Source: Candidatus Saccharimonadales bacterium
Lineage (GTDB): Bacteria; Patescibacteriota; Saccharimonadia; Saccharimonadales; CAIOMD01
Assembly: GCA_046350635.1 (NCBI GenBank)
Contig: JAXLZY010000001.1
Location: 11,897-75,896 of the forward strand
Direction: 5' to 3'
Length of the DNA: 64,000 bases
Under the pieces are notes generated by a model. It was not told where the DNA came from. It worked only from the letters and a program-made list of their open reading frames with translations, and made no database searches. Positions within the stretch are counted from its first letter, which is position 1; each line of letters begins with the position of its first letter. A program made the position numbers and the translations under genes. Below are positions 34,589-44,649 of this stretch, one piece after another.

Positions 34589-35797
34589 TTAACCACTTAG
34601 GTTCTTACCGGCGAGGCCATAGATTGGCATTAGTACTGCTCCAACAATAATCAGAGCAACCACACCAAGGACAATCATAAGTACGGGTTCGATTATGGTT
34701 GAGATTGCCTTAATCTGATCATCTACTTCTTTTTCGTAATAATCAGCTGTTTTGCTAAGCATTTCTTCGACCGAGCCGGATTGTTCACCAATACGAAGCA
34801 TGTTAGGTACTAATTCTAAGAAGTTTGGGTCGCCATCAATTGCATCAGCGAGGCTCTTACCACCTTTTACTTGAATTATGGCCCGTTGTATTGATTCTTC
34901 TATATATACGTTGTTGATAGATTTACCCGTAATATCTAGCATCTGAAGAAGTGGTACGCCACTAGCTATAAGAGTAGAGCCCGTGCGAGCAAAACGTGCC
35001 ATATATACTTTCATAAACAAAGGGCCGAATGGGGGTGTTCGCATTTTAACCTTGTCGATAAACCTCTTCCCTCCTAAGGTCCTAGCCCAACGAGAGCCAA
35101 ATACAACGGCCACAACAGCTAAAATTACAAATATCCACCAGAATTTTATAATAAATGATGATACTGCAAGTAATACATTTGTAATAAATGGAAGTTGAGC
35201 TCCTGGCATTCCATCATAGAGCACTTTTACCTGAGGTAATACCGTAACAAGCATAAACGTCACGACTGCAATCATGACAAATAAGACTATAATCGGGTAC
35301 ACCATTGCACCCCTAACCTTCGACTGTATTTCTGCGTCTTTTTCTTGCTGAAGCGCAAGTCGCTCTAATGCTTTATCTAGCGTACCTGATACTTCTCCTG
35401 CTGCTATGAGGTTTACAAATACCGTACTAAATGTGCGAGGATGCTTGCCGAGTGCGGAAGCAAACGATTGACCAGCCTCTACGTCAGATATTACCTCAGA
35501 AAGTTCGGCTTGGAGTGGTTTGCTGGCCGACTGTTTTTGCACCATACGCAAACTCTGTACCAATGGCAGGCCAGCGTTAATGAGTGTACTGAGCTGTCGG
35601 GCAAATAAAATTCTATCTTTAGATTTAACCTTCTTAAAAAAACCTTTGGCATCTTTATCAACTTGACTAATTTCGAGTGGAGCTAGGCCTTGTTCTTGAA
35701 TCAAACGTGCTGCCGCACGTTCATTTTCGGCTTGAACAGTTGATTTAACCTTTTGACCTGTAGCAGGATTTCGTGCCTCGTAACTATAGGTAAGCAT
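34589..35797 (-). CDS. pilC: Type IV pilus platform protein (GspF family)
   Basis: Two GspF repeats (ARQLSTLINAGLPLVQSL / ARFARTGSTLIASGVPLLQML) with three TM segments. Confidence 0.85.
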   Translation of the reverse strand: MLTYSYEARNPATGQKVKSTVQAENERAAARLIQEQGLAPLEISQVDKDAKGFFKKVKSKDRILFARQLSTLINAGLPLVQSLRMVQKQSASKPLQAELSEVISDVEAGQSFASALGKHPRTFSTVFVNLIAAGEVSGTLDKALERLALQQEKDAEIQSKVRGAMVYPIIVLFVMIAVVTFMLVTVLPQVKVLYDGMPGAQLPFITNVLLAVSSFIIKFWWIFVILAVVAVVFGSRWARTLGGKRFIDKVKMRTPPFGPLFMKVYMARFARTGSTLIASGVPLLQMLDITGKSINNVYIEESIQRAIIQVKGGKSLADAIDGDPNFLELVPNMLRIGEQSGSVEEMLSKTADYYEKEVDDQIKAISTIIEPVLMIVLGVVALIIVGAVLMPIYGLAGKNLSG

Positions 35798-35798
35798 T

Positions 35799-36869
35799 CT
35801 AGCCTCGCATTAGCCTATCTAGCTCATCTAAATCAACGGCGTAGTTACGAGCTTCATCGTACGTTATAGTTCCATTATGTATGAGGCTTACAAGTGTTTT
35901 ATCCATACTCTGCATGCCAAACTCTGCACCGGTTTGAATAACAGCATCAAGCTGGTGTGACTTACCTTCACGGATAATATTACGTACAGCGGGTGTTGCA
36001 ACCAAGATTTCAGCCGCAGCAACGCGCCCGCCACCAATTGAGGGTACTAAGCGCTGTGACGTAATGGACATTAAAATGTTACTAAGCTGTGCGCGAATTT
36101 GAGGCTGCTGATGCGGCGGAAAGACGTCAATCATACGGTCTATACTTTGAGCAGCACTGTTAGTGTGCAGGGTTGCGAATACTAAGTGCCCCGTTTCCGC
36201 AATTGTAATAGCCGCAGCTATGGTTTCAAGATCGCGCATTTCTCCAATCAGCACAACATCAGGATCTTCACGCAAGCTACTTCGTAAAGCTGCACTAAAG
36301 CTAAAGGTATCGTAGTGAACTTCGCGCTGAACAATAATACTTTTTACGCTTTTATGGGTAAATTCAATTGGATCTTCGATGGTAATAATATGGTCTGCGC
36401 GCTCGTGATTTATTTTATGGATGAGCGCTGCAAGCGTAGTTGACTTACCTGAACCAGTCGGCCCGGTAACTAATACGAGGCCACGTGGATAGTCGGCAAA
36501 CTTATTAACAATCTGTGGCAAGCCAAGTTGTTCAATTGTTAAAATCTCGTTCGGAATAAGACGTAATGCCGCTGCTAAGTTACCCCGCTCGTGGAAAGCA
36601 TTAACACGGAAGCGACCTAAATCACCAAAAGCAAAACTGAAGTCGAATTCTTTATCCTTAAGCAAAATTTGCTTTTGGTCTTCGTCTAAAATAGCGAAAA
36701 CGAGTGCCTCTACACCTTCTTCGTTGAGCGGATCAGTACCGCTTACTGGCTTTAAAGCACCATCTACGCGTAGCATAGGAGGTAGCCCAACCTGTAAATG
36801 AAGGTCGCTTGCCTTCTTTTTAATTACTTCTTCTAGTAGTATTTCTATTCTTGGTTGTGCTTGTTGCAT
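35799..36869 (-). CDS. pilT: Twitching motility retraction ATPase
   Basis: GLVLVTGPTGSGKSTT, the AHLVFATLHTNSAAQSIDR box, and a size of about 350 aa lacking the GspE N-domain. Confidence 0.85.
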   Translation of the reverse strand: MQQAQPRIEILLEEVIKKKASDLHLQVGLPPMLRVDGALKPVSGTDPLNEEGVEALVFAILDEDQKQILLKDKEFDFSFAFGDLGRFRVNAFHERGNLAAALRLIPNEILTIEQLGLPQIVNKFADYPRGLVLVTGPTGSGKSTTLAALIHKINHERADHIITIEDPIEFTHKSVKSIIVQREVHYDTFSFSAALRSSLREDPDVVLIGEMRDLETIAAAITIAETGHLVFATLHTNSAAQSIDRMIDVFPPHQQPQIRAQLSNILMSITSQRLVPSIGGGRVAAAEILVATPAVRNIIREGKSHQLDAVIQTGAEFGMQSMDKTLVSLIHNGTITYDEARNYAVDLDELDRLMRG

Positions 36870-36889
36870 GTGTGTTGTTTCACCCCTTA

Positions 36890-38680
36890 TTACGCGCTAT
36901 CTGATGCAGCTACACGATTTACTTCGCTTAGCGTCGTCTTACCAGTTAGTGCTTTAAAGTACCCATCCTGCTGCATGCTAATCATGCCTTGTTTTTGCGC
37001 CATCTCTTGGATTTCTGCGCTGGTCGCCCGTTTGATTATGAGGTCTTGGATTTCTTCGGTAACATTAAATACCTCATATAAACCCATTCGCCCCTTATAA
37101 CCGCTTTGGTTATTTGGGGTTGGCGTACCCTTAAACAAAGTATAAGCGTTTTGGCCCGCCAGTGGCAAGTCGCCGTAGGCTAAATCGTCAACTACTGCTT
37201 TCTTTTCTTCTTCTGTCTTGGGTAATAATGCACCGACTGCAGAATTTATAGCTTCAACTTCTGGCTTAGTTGCAGCATAGCCTTCTGGTTTGCCGGCTAT
37301 ACGCCGTACTAGTCGCTGACCGATAACAGTACGGACTGTGCTCGCAATCAAAAATGGTTCAATATCCATATCGAGCAAACGTGGCAAAATACCCGCTGCA
37401 CTATTGGTGTGCAACGTGCTTAACACTAAGTGACCCGTTAGGGCTGCCTGAACAGCTAAGCTAGCTGTTTCTTTATCGCGGATTTCCCCTACCATTACGA
37501 CATCAGGGTCTTGGCGCAAAATACTACGCAAGCCACTTGCGAATGTTAAGCCAACATCTGCATTAACCTGTATCTGGTTAATGCCATCCATTTTATACTC
37601 AACAGGGTCTTCAAGGGTAACAATGTTAATTTCGTCGCTCTTAATTTCTTGAATAAGCGCATATAAACTTGTTGATTTACCCGAACCAGTTGGCCCAGAG
37701 GTTAGAATCATACCGTTTGGATTCTTAATGCCTTCGCGGATAGTTCTTAGAGCCCGGCCACTATAGCCCATGTCCTCTAACTTTAAGCTTGTTCCAGTTT
37801 TATCAAGTAAGCGAATAACTACTTGTTCACCCCACACAACCGGGCTAATGGCGATACGTAGGTCAATGGGCTTTTTATCTACGATAACCGTAAACTGACC
37901 GTCCTGCGGAATACGGTGTTCGTCAATTTTAAGGTTCGATAAAATTTTTATACGGCTTACCAATGGGGGTTCGGTAGCTTTAGGAAGCTTCATCACCTCC
38001 TTAAGCACGCCGTCAATTCTGCATCGTATTTTTAGTTCTTTTTCAAGTGGTTCTATATGAATGTCACTTGCTCTATTCTTGGCGGCATAGTCTAAAATCG
38101 CCGAGAGTGCTTTACTTATTGGCGAATCTTGAACAATGGTTTGGATATTCTTATCTGAAGCTTGTTGTGACTGCTGTCCTTCAACTACAACCGATTGGGC
38201 TCCACCACCCAAGGCATCCGCAACATCTTTACCAACATCAAGTTGATACTGCTTAAGTACGTTTTCTATACCCTCTTGGCTTGCCAAAAAAACTTTGAGC
38301 GGTCGTCCAATGCGATTTGCCAAAAAATCGACTGCCTGCACATTGTCGGCGTCTAGCATAGCGACGACAAGACGATTCTGCATTTCACCCAGTGGTACCG
38401 CCATATAACGAGCAGCTATTTCTTGTGGTAATAACGAAAGAATTTTAGGGTTAACCTTGGCGTTAGATAAATTAACATAGGGTACTTTAGTGACCTGAGC
38501 GATGGTCTTCGTTAAATCTTCATTGCTGACATGATTTTCCGATACCAATAATGATAAAAATGGTTGGTTGTCGGCCGTTGCTCTGGCATGAAGTTTTTTT
38601 AACTCATCTGACGATATCAAACCGTTTTGAACAAGTAATTCCTCTACTTGCTTCTGTGTATCCGCTAGCAGGACGCTCAT
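36890..38680 (-). CDS. pilB: Type IV pilus assembly ATPase (GspE family)
   Basis: T2SSE N-domain, MILTSGPTGSGKSTSL Walker A, GHLVLSTLHTNSAAG. Confidence 0.85.
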   Translation of the reverse strand: MSVLLADTQKQVEELLVQNGLISSDELKKLHARATADNQPFLSLLVSENHVSNEDLTKTIAQVTKVPYVNLSNAKVNPKILSLLPQEIAARYMAVPLGEMQNRLVVAMLDADNVQAVDFLANRIGRPLKVFLASQEGIENVLKQYQLDVGKDVADALGGGAQSVVVEGQQSQQASDKNIQTIVQDSPISKALSAILDYAAKNRASDIHIEPLEKELKIRCRIDGVLKEVMKLPKATEPPLVSRIKILSNLKIDEHRIPQDGQFTVIVDKKPIDLRIAISPVVWGEQVVIRLLDKTGTSLKLEDMGYSGRALRTIREGIKNPNGMILTSGPTGSGKSTSLYALIQEIKSDEINIVTLEDPVEYKMDGINQIQVNADVGLTFASGLRSILRQDPDVVMVGEIRDKETASLAVQAALTGHLVLSTLHTNSAAGILPRLLDMDIEPFLIASTVRTVIGQRLVRRIAGKPEGYAATKPEVEAINSAVGALLPKTEEEKKAVVDDLAYGDLPLAGQNAYTLFKGTPTPNNQSGYKGRMGLYEVFNVTEEIQDLIIKRATSAEIQEMAQKQGMISMQQDGYFKALTGKTTLSEVNRVAASDSA

Positions 38681-38692
38681 GTAGCAGTCTCG

Positions 38693-38938
38693 CTAATTAG
38701 ACTTAAATGGTTGATTATTCGTGCTGTCGCCAATCACAATATTCTTTGTTGGGTTGAGCGCATTGCTATTGAAGTACGTAGTATTTGGTTGCTTAAAATC
38801 CGCCGAAATTGCATCAATAGTTGGGGCTTTTAAATTATATGACTTTTCACCACCAAACAGTAAATTTGCAAGTACGAAACTAAGTACTCCACTAACAAAT
38901 GCAACGACTAGGATTAATACTATATCTTTTTGTTTCAT
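38693..38938 (-). CDS. Small single-pass membrane protein in the pilus operon
   Basis: Track ORF with the TM helix IVLILVVAFVSGVLSFVLANLLF. Its start overlaps the upstream stop. Confidence 0.45.
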   Translation of the reverse strand: MKQKDIVLILVVAFVSGVLSFVLANLLFGGEKSYNLKAPTIDAISADFKQPNTTYFNSNALNPTKNIVIGDSTNNQPFKSN

Positions 38939-39642
38939 TACTTTTTACTCCCCGTTGCTTTGGTGACAGTTTTTTTAGTTGTGCCGTTACTTACAACCGT
39001 CTGCTTTAAGTCGAGTGTCCGTTCTGGTTGATAGTACGTTTTTGCAGATACATTTACTTGTAAATTAGAGCTATCGCCCGAAATATCAAGCGATGTTACC
39101 TGAATTGGCCTAATAGAACGCTGTAAATCGGCTATTAATTTTTGAACCGTAGTAAAATTACCAGTTGCGGAAATTTGAAACGGTATCTCGGTTGCCTTTG
39201 GGTTACTGCTGGCCTGCTCTGCCTGTGTTTCATTATCGGTCCCGGTGATACCAGACACACTTGCACCACTTCCGGAAATTAATCCATCTAGGCTTGTTGC
39301 AAGCGCCGGAAAGTCATACTTACTTGGCAGCGCATCTAGAATGACCTTGGAGTTTTTATCTTTTGTTCCGATAACAGATTCGGGAGCATCATCAAATGCT
39401 TTATACGCAATTACAAGTGGTTCGACAGCCTTTACGTTTGCAACTAGTTGCTTATTTGCTTTCGAACGTAGTGAAATTACTTTATTCTGATATTTCATTT
39501 GTTTAATTAATGCCATAGAGCCAACAATGGAGAAGATGACAATGGCCACACTTACAGATATAGCAATTACTGCAAATTGATTTGCTTTATCTATTTGCAG
39601 GTGCTTGTTTGAAAATTTTAGTTTGCCGCCTAGATTTGCCAT
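38938..39642 (-). CDS. pilO: PilO-like pilus alignment protein
   Basis: Single N-terminal TM helix followed by a coiled segment. The call rests on its position after pilM-pilN, not on a motif. Confidence 0.5.
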   Translation of the reverse strand: MANLGGKLKFSNKHLQIDKANQFAVIAISVSVAIVIFSIVGSMALIKQMKYQNKVISLRSKANKQLVANVKAVEPLVIAYKAFDDAPESVIGTKDKNSKVILDALPSKYDFPALATSLDGLISGSGASVSGITGTDNETQAEQASSNPKATEIPFQISATGNFTTVQKLIADLQRSIRPIQVTSLDISGDSSNLQVNVSAKTYYQPERTLDLKQTVVSNGTTKKTVTKATGSKK

Positions 39643-39644
39643 GT

Positions 39645-40325
39645 TTATTGCCCTTGTTGTGAATCTGCTTTAAATAAGTCCGTTGGCTGTTCGGTTTGAG
39701 ATCTAGTAGATGTTATCTTTGGAACTACGAGCGTAACTTTTTTGTTCGAGCTATTAAATATTTCTGGATTGTATTTTAGCGTAATAGTATAGGTCGCCTG
39801 ACCATCTTTTCTTGTAAAGTTAACTAAAACTACTTCTGAAAACGCAGGTTTTTGATCAGTACTATCATCAACAGTAAATTTAGTAAATTTTAGTGTATCT
39901 GCAAACTTATTTACAGATTCTAATGTTTTTGCGCCGCCAGTAAACTGCATCGTAGGATCAGCAAAATTCAAATTGAGAGACGATATCTGAACATCATTCG
40001 GTGTAATTTGTGGTAAGAATTCAAATAAACGTGTTGTGACTGGCTTATTATTATGTAAACCCTCAAGAGTATTGAGCTGATTTTGAACCGTTAATATTTT
40101 ATCTAAATCTGAAACTTTATTGAGCGTTTCGCTATTTTTTTTAATTTCACGGTCATAGTAGCTAAGCTGGACTTTTTGTGCTCCATACACAACTGAGCCG
40201 ACAATCACTAAAATACCCAGACTGACGCCAGAAATCACAATTGCGCTGAGCAGTATCATACGCTTGCTGCGCTGAGCTTTGATGTACTTAACCTTTACAT
40301 CGGGGAGTAGGTTGAGCTGTATCAT
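39645..40325 (-). CDS. pilN: PilN-like pilus alignment protein
   Basis: MIQLNLLP.. N-terminus typical of PilN, followed by a TM helix. It overlaps pilM by 4 nt. Confidence 0.6.
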   Translation of the reverse strand: MIQLNLLPDVKVKYIKAQRSKRMILLSAIVISGVSLGILVIVGSVVYGAQKVQLSYYDREIKKNSETLNKVSDLDKILTVQNQLNTLEGLHNNKPVTTRLFEFLPQITPNDVQISSLNLNFADPTMQFTGGAKTLESVNKFADTLKFTKFTVDDSTDQKPAFSEVVLVNFTRKDGQATYTITLKYNPEIFNSSNKKVTLVVPKITSTRSQTEQPTDLFKADSQQGQ

Positions 40326-41362
40326 TCTATTCGCTCCGCTAAGCCAGCTGCTACACCAAAGTGATTAGACACTGCGAGTAGTTCATTTTGCCTATCGGCC
40401 GGGAATGTTACATTACGCCATGCGTTACCAATTTCAACATTAATGCTAAATTTATTTGCGATAAAGAGCGGAAACTCTGGTAGGGTCGACGCACCACCGG
40501 TGACAATTATTCGCTCTAATGGCACATTCGGGTATCTTGTCTGGTAAAATTTAATCGATTTCTCAATTTCCCCAACCAATACTTCGACAGTACCGATTAT
40601 TGCGTTATAGATTTGGCCTTCAAGCTTATCTTTACTTAGGCCAAACTTATACACAAATTGTTCTGCCTGCTTTTCATCTATGTTTAGGTTTTGAATAGCT
40701 GCTTTTAGAACCGTGTCGGTACCTGTTGGGATTGAACGCATTAAGCGTGGTCCGCCCGCTACAGAAATTACTAAATCTGAAGCTAACGCCCCCATATCAA
40801 CTACCATTTGAGCACCGGTAGCATCTGTCGGTATTATTGCGCGCGCAAGTGCCAATGTATCTGGTTCGAATGCAATAACATTAAGTCCTACGCCTTCGAG
40901 CATATCAAGTCGCGCTTCTACAAATTCATTTGCAACGCTAGAAAGTAAAATTTCAACTTTATTTGCATCTTTAGGTGAATCACCTAATAATGCCCAGTCA
41001 ATTTTGCTTTCGTCTATAGGGGTTGGAATTAAGGTGTCAGCTTGATATTGAATAGTTTTTTCAAGTTCCGCTTTGCTCAAGCGCTCTATATCAACAACAG
41101 TGCTAAAAACACGTTGCGATGGCAAGCCAACTACAACATTCTTGGTTGAAACTTTAGATTGTCCCACCAATTCTTTTATAATGCCTGCTACTTTTTGTTG
41201 ATCTGCTTTCGCGTCACTTAATACTAATTTCGAATCTACCGGCACTAGTGCATATTTGACGAGTGCCTTTACCGGTCCACCACCCCTAAGCTGTACAAGC
41301 CTAATTGCAGAGGTGCCGATATCGAGACCAAAAAAGTCCGTGACGCCACTAAGGACGCTCAT
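40322..41362 (-). CDS. pilM: Type IV pilus assembly protein PilM (actin-like ATPase fold)
   Basis: FGLDIGTSAIRLVQL.., VVDMGALASDL, TGGASTLPEF: actin/FtsA-like phosphate and adenosine motifs. Confidence 0.8.
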   Translation of the reverse strand: MSVLSGVTDFFGLDIGTSAIRLVQLRGGGPVKALVKYALVPVDSKLVLSDAKADQQKVAGIIKELVGQSKVSTKNVVVGLPSQRVFSTVVDIERLSKAELEKTIQYQADTLIPTPIDESKIDWALLGDSPKDANKVEILLSSVANEFVEARLDMLEGVGLNVIAFEPDTLALARAIIPTDATGAQMVVDMGALASDLVISVAGGPRLMRSIPTGTDTVLKAAIQNLNIDEKQAEQFVYKFGLSKDKLEGQIYNAIIGTVEVLVGEIEKSIKFYQTRYPNVPLERIIVTGGASTLPEFPLFIANKFSINVEIGNAWRNVTFPADRQNELLAVSNHFGVAAGLAERIE

Positions 41363-41403
41363 ACGTGTAATTGTAGCATAAGCACTATAGATAACAACGT
41401 GTT

Positions 41404-43944
41404 TTATAGACGAGGGGGGCTATTGTAATACGAATCAAGCGTCTTCTTTGCTTCTTCGTCTAGGTTTAGTGGTGTGAAGTTTAGATATGCCGGGTAGTTA
41501 ATTGTTTCCGAGGGTACCGTACTGTCAAGTGCATAGCTGCCTGGTCCAGGTGTAGTAGTATTTGTATTCGCGAGGAGTCGAGTACCTCCGTTGCGCTGTA
41601 AGTGTATGTTTGGGGCTACAAGCGCACCATTAATGATGAGTGTTCCTCGACATGCTGTGTCCCAAGATGCTCGCGCTGCTGCACTTGTATCACTGCTACA
41701 GGTGTAGATGTTGTTTGTAGCGACCAATATGGCATCTACTCGACGTACTCCCGGTGCAATAACAATATTCTGGGCTTTAATAAGAAGTGTGGGCGCGGTT
41801 GTAATATCGAGTGATCCTGTTGGGATGTTCGACGTAATATCGCCCGTAATAGTAACGGTACCGCTGTCGATGACGGTAATTTGACCTGTCACACTACCGC
41901 CCCCAATAGAAGCACCCGAAGACGTGTAATAGTTCTTGCCGCTCGCAGTAATAACCGGGCCTGTAGTAATGGGGTTACCTGTTGGTGTAATCGTTGGACT
42001 ACCACAAGTGCCACCCGAAGTTAAAGATGACCAGTCGGTGCGTAGTTTGTCTCGTGTACCAGAAGCATCTTGTGTATGAAGACCATTAAACGCATTACCA
42101 CCAAGTGACTTAAATATGGCTGCTAGGCTACTGAATGAACCCTTTCTGCCATCAGCAGGTGTAAACATAAATCGGTTGTTATCTGCCGTACCACAAACGA
42201 GTACATCTTGGCCAAAAACTCGAGCAAATGGGATTTCAGTGATTGTAAGTACTGCGTTATTAGTTAGATTAGGCGTAACAGAAGATATTGTAGCGGTGTA
42301 TGTTTTACCACCCGGGGTAATACCGTTGCCATCGAGAACATTACCACTATTAACCTCGAAGTCATACGTTTGAGTAGTATTGACGGAACACGTGACGCTG
42401 CCGTTACCAACCGCAGGCATACCCGAAGAATTACTTAGGGTAATTGTGTGCGTGCCCGTTAGCGAGTTGCACTGTACTGTGGCGCGAAGCTTGACGCTAC
42501 CACCAGCGCCCTTTTCATAGGTAGCGCCGGTGAGTGTGAGGGTGGGTGGAGTTGGTGGTGGCGGTGGTGGCGGTGGTGGAACCGCAATTGAAACACATGC
42601 AAAGTCGGATGGTTTTATAAGGATCATATCATCACGATCGGTAATTGTTATCTTCACACATACCCTGCTATGCCCCGCCAAAGCTGCATTTGTAAAAATT
42701 AGACTTGGCACAAAAGCAAGATTTGATACGTTACCCGATATATGTAGGTTCATATTTCTTGGAGCATAAATACTACTACTTGTTATATTTGGGTCTGAAG
42801 GCAATGCCACGTAGGGTGACCCATCAGCCGCTACGCTGTCGTACGAATAATCGATGTTATATTTCACATCTCTGGGATTACGATACCCAGTTACCGTACG
42901 GTCAAACGTAAATGTAATTGGTGCCCCGATGGCTGCTGAGACCGCAGGAACTGATGATACGTTTGGATCCAGTTTAGGAGCTGGACAGTTTGCTAGAGCA
43001 TAAATACCGTTAAATGGCGTACTGAACTGTATAGTGTTATTTCGATATACATTGTAAATGCGCCATGTATATTTATGGTCTGGCAATGCACCGAATGAGG
43101 TTGCCGAACGTGCGTTATCATTCGTTGGTGGCGTCCACGATACAAATGCAACTTGCCATACACCCTTCGCATCATTCCACCATCGTGCCGCAGTTCTATC
43201 ATATAAAGCCATGGTAATTTTGCCGTTAAGCTGTGCGCCAGCTCCACCGTCATTATCTATATCATAGTAATAAAGGTTTTTTGATGTAGGGCCACTAATT
43301 GAACAGTCGGATCCAAATGGGATTGAAAACGCAGTGTTGCTTTGAGCGCCGCCAACTTGTTGCATCGTAACTTCATAGCCCGTGCTACCGCCTTCTTGTG
43401 CTATTGCAAAACCACTACCCCCAGTAATTGCAACATCGAAATAGTTCATGATCCCAGCATAACCGGTACCACTATCAATAAAATCAATATCTATTGCCGC
43501 ATAGTAAAGTCCTGTATTTGGGTCTTGCGGCAGATTTACAAGATTCTTAACGATACTGCTATTGCAAGCACTGCCAGTCCCTTTGTATTGGCCATAATAC
43601 GTCGTACCTCCAACCACAAATTGTGTTACATTTAGATTTGCTGGAATTGCGTGCGTGTCATAGTAATCAGCATTCTGTACTGCATCAGGATTGCCCGCTT
43701 GTGCTGGGCAGTAGTTAAACTTATATACTGTAATCTGCCCTGAGTTTGTATTAAAATATGCTTTTAAGCGAACCCCTGTTTGACGTACAAACTGTGTTTG
43801 ACCAATCACTAAATCAATATTCTGGTTATCGGCATCGCTCGTATCAAAATACGTTGTATCCATCGCTTTTACATGACCAGAATGTAACAAAATAACAAAG
43901 CCTAGTAGTGGCAAAAGTACTGCTAGATATTTTCTTAGTATCAT
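41404..43944 (-). CDS. Large secreted protein (846 aa) with a poly-proline hinge; candidate pilus-associated adhesin
   Basis: Signal peptide MILRKYLAVLLPLLGFVILLHSGHVKA and a run of nine Pro (42553-42579). The C-terminal ~370 aa are shared with the paralogue at 44650..47174. It lies directly upstream of pilM. Confidence 0.6.
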   Translation of the reverse strand: MILRKYLAVLLPLLGFVILLHSGHVKAMDTTYFDTSDADNQNIDLVIGQTQFVRQTGVRLKAYFNTNSGQITVYKFNYCPAQAGNPDAVQNADYYDTHAIPANLNVTQFVVGGTTYYGQYKGTGSACNSSIVKNLVNLPQDPNTGLYYAAIDIDFIDSGTGYAGIMNYFDVAITGGSGFAIAQEGGSTGYEVTMQQVGGAQSNTAFSIPFGSDCSISGPTSKNLYYYDIDNDGGAGAQLNGKITMALYDRTAARWWNDAKGVWQVAFVSWTPPTNDNARSATSFGALPDHKYTWRIYNVYRNNTIQFSTPFNGIYALANCPAPKLDPNVSSVPAVSAAIGAPITFTFDRTVTGYRNPRDVKYNIDYSYDSVAADGSPYVALPSDPNITSSSIYAPRNMNLHISGNVSNLAFVPSLIFTNAALAGHSRVCVKITITDRDDMILIKPSDFACVSIAVPPPPPPPPPTPPTLTLTGATYEKGAGGSVKLRATVQCNSLTGTHTITLSNSSGMPAVGNGSVTCSVNTTQTYDFEVNSGNVLDGNGITPGGKTYTATISSVTPNLTNNAVLTITEIPFARVFGQDVLVCGTADNNRFMFTPADGRKGSFSSLAAIFKSLGGNAFNGLHTQDASGTRDKLRTDWSSLTSGGTCGSPTITPTGNPITTGPVITASGKNYYTSSGASIGGGSVTGQITVIDSGTVTITGDITSNIPTGSLDITTAPTLLIKAQNIVIAPGVRRVDAILVATNNIYTCSSDTSAAARASWDTACRGTLIINGALVAPNIHLQRNGGTRLLANTNTTTPGPGSYALDSTVPSETINYPAYLNFTPLNLDEEAKKTLDSYYNSPPRL
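41423..42550 (-). repeat. Copy A of a ~1.13-kb duplicated segment (3' half of the 846-aa gene)
   Basis: Aligned by eye to 44669..45792. The flanks are near-identical and the core (about 41888-42352) is diverged. Confidence 0.85.
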
Positions 43945-44579
43945 ATGTTATTGAGCTTTCTGAACTTAATTTTCTGATCAAGCTCATCTAAAAGGATCTG
44001 CTTTTTTTGTGCATCCATCGTATTATCAGCTTGTAATATATCACGAGCTTTTTGCAGCATCTCTGAGCCAAGTTTCGTGTTGCCGGCAGAGTCGGCGGCA
44101 GCTGAATAATTTAAATAGAATTCGTAGTTTTGTGTAGAGGCTGCGGCTATGGTGTATGATTCTATTGCTTTATCATACGAACCGATTGCATTTAGCGATT
44201 GTGCGGCTTTGTATGCTTGTTCACCAGATGAATATGTTTTTGCTGTTATGGTGGTTGATTTAAGCTTATCTACATCGAGTCCGGTATCAGCCTTTAGTGA
44301 AGTTTTCACTTCATCTTGAGTTTGTTGTTCGAGTGGTTTATCAATAGTAACTTTAGGCTGATTCTTTTTATTACGCGATTGAACAAAAATAAGCGTACCA
44401 CCAACTAAAAACAAAAATAGCAAAATAATGGAGACAAGAATTAGCAGTTTAGTGCGTTTAGATTTACGTTCAAAAAACTTTTGATTAACTTCACCAGTGG
44501 TAATTTGAGTACTTAAAGAATTCTGGTTGCCTTTTGAGCCAACAGTAGAAGTCTCGGCGTTTTTTGTTTGATCATCCAT
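43941..44579 (-). CDS. Single-pass membrane protein with a helical-repeat (TPR-like) ectodomain
   Basis: TM helix LLILVSIILLFLFLVGGTLIFV. GSYDKAIESYTIAA.. matches GEYDKALNIYIIAD.. in the paralogue at 47171..47836. A 4-nt ATGA overlap links it to the downstream gene. Confidence 0.55.
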   Translation of the reverse strand: MDDQTKNAETSTVGSKGNQNSLSTQITTGEVNQKFFERKSKRTKLLILVSIILLFLFLVGGTLIFVQSRNKKNQPKVTIDKPLEQQTQDEVKTSLKADTGLDVDKLKSTTITAKTYSSGEQAYKAAQSLNAIGSYDKAIESYTIAAASTQNYEFYLNYSAAADSAGNTKLGSEMLQKARDILQADNTMDAQKKQILLDELDQKIKFRKLNNI

Positions 44580-44649
44580 ACCCGAATAATGCCTTTATAC
44601 TTAAGCATTATTTAACCATTATTTTGTACAATCCACAATCAACTATAAA

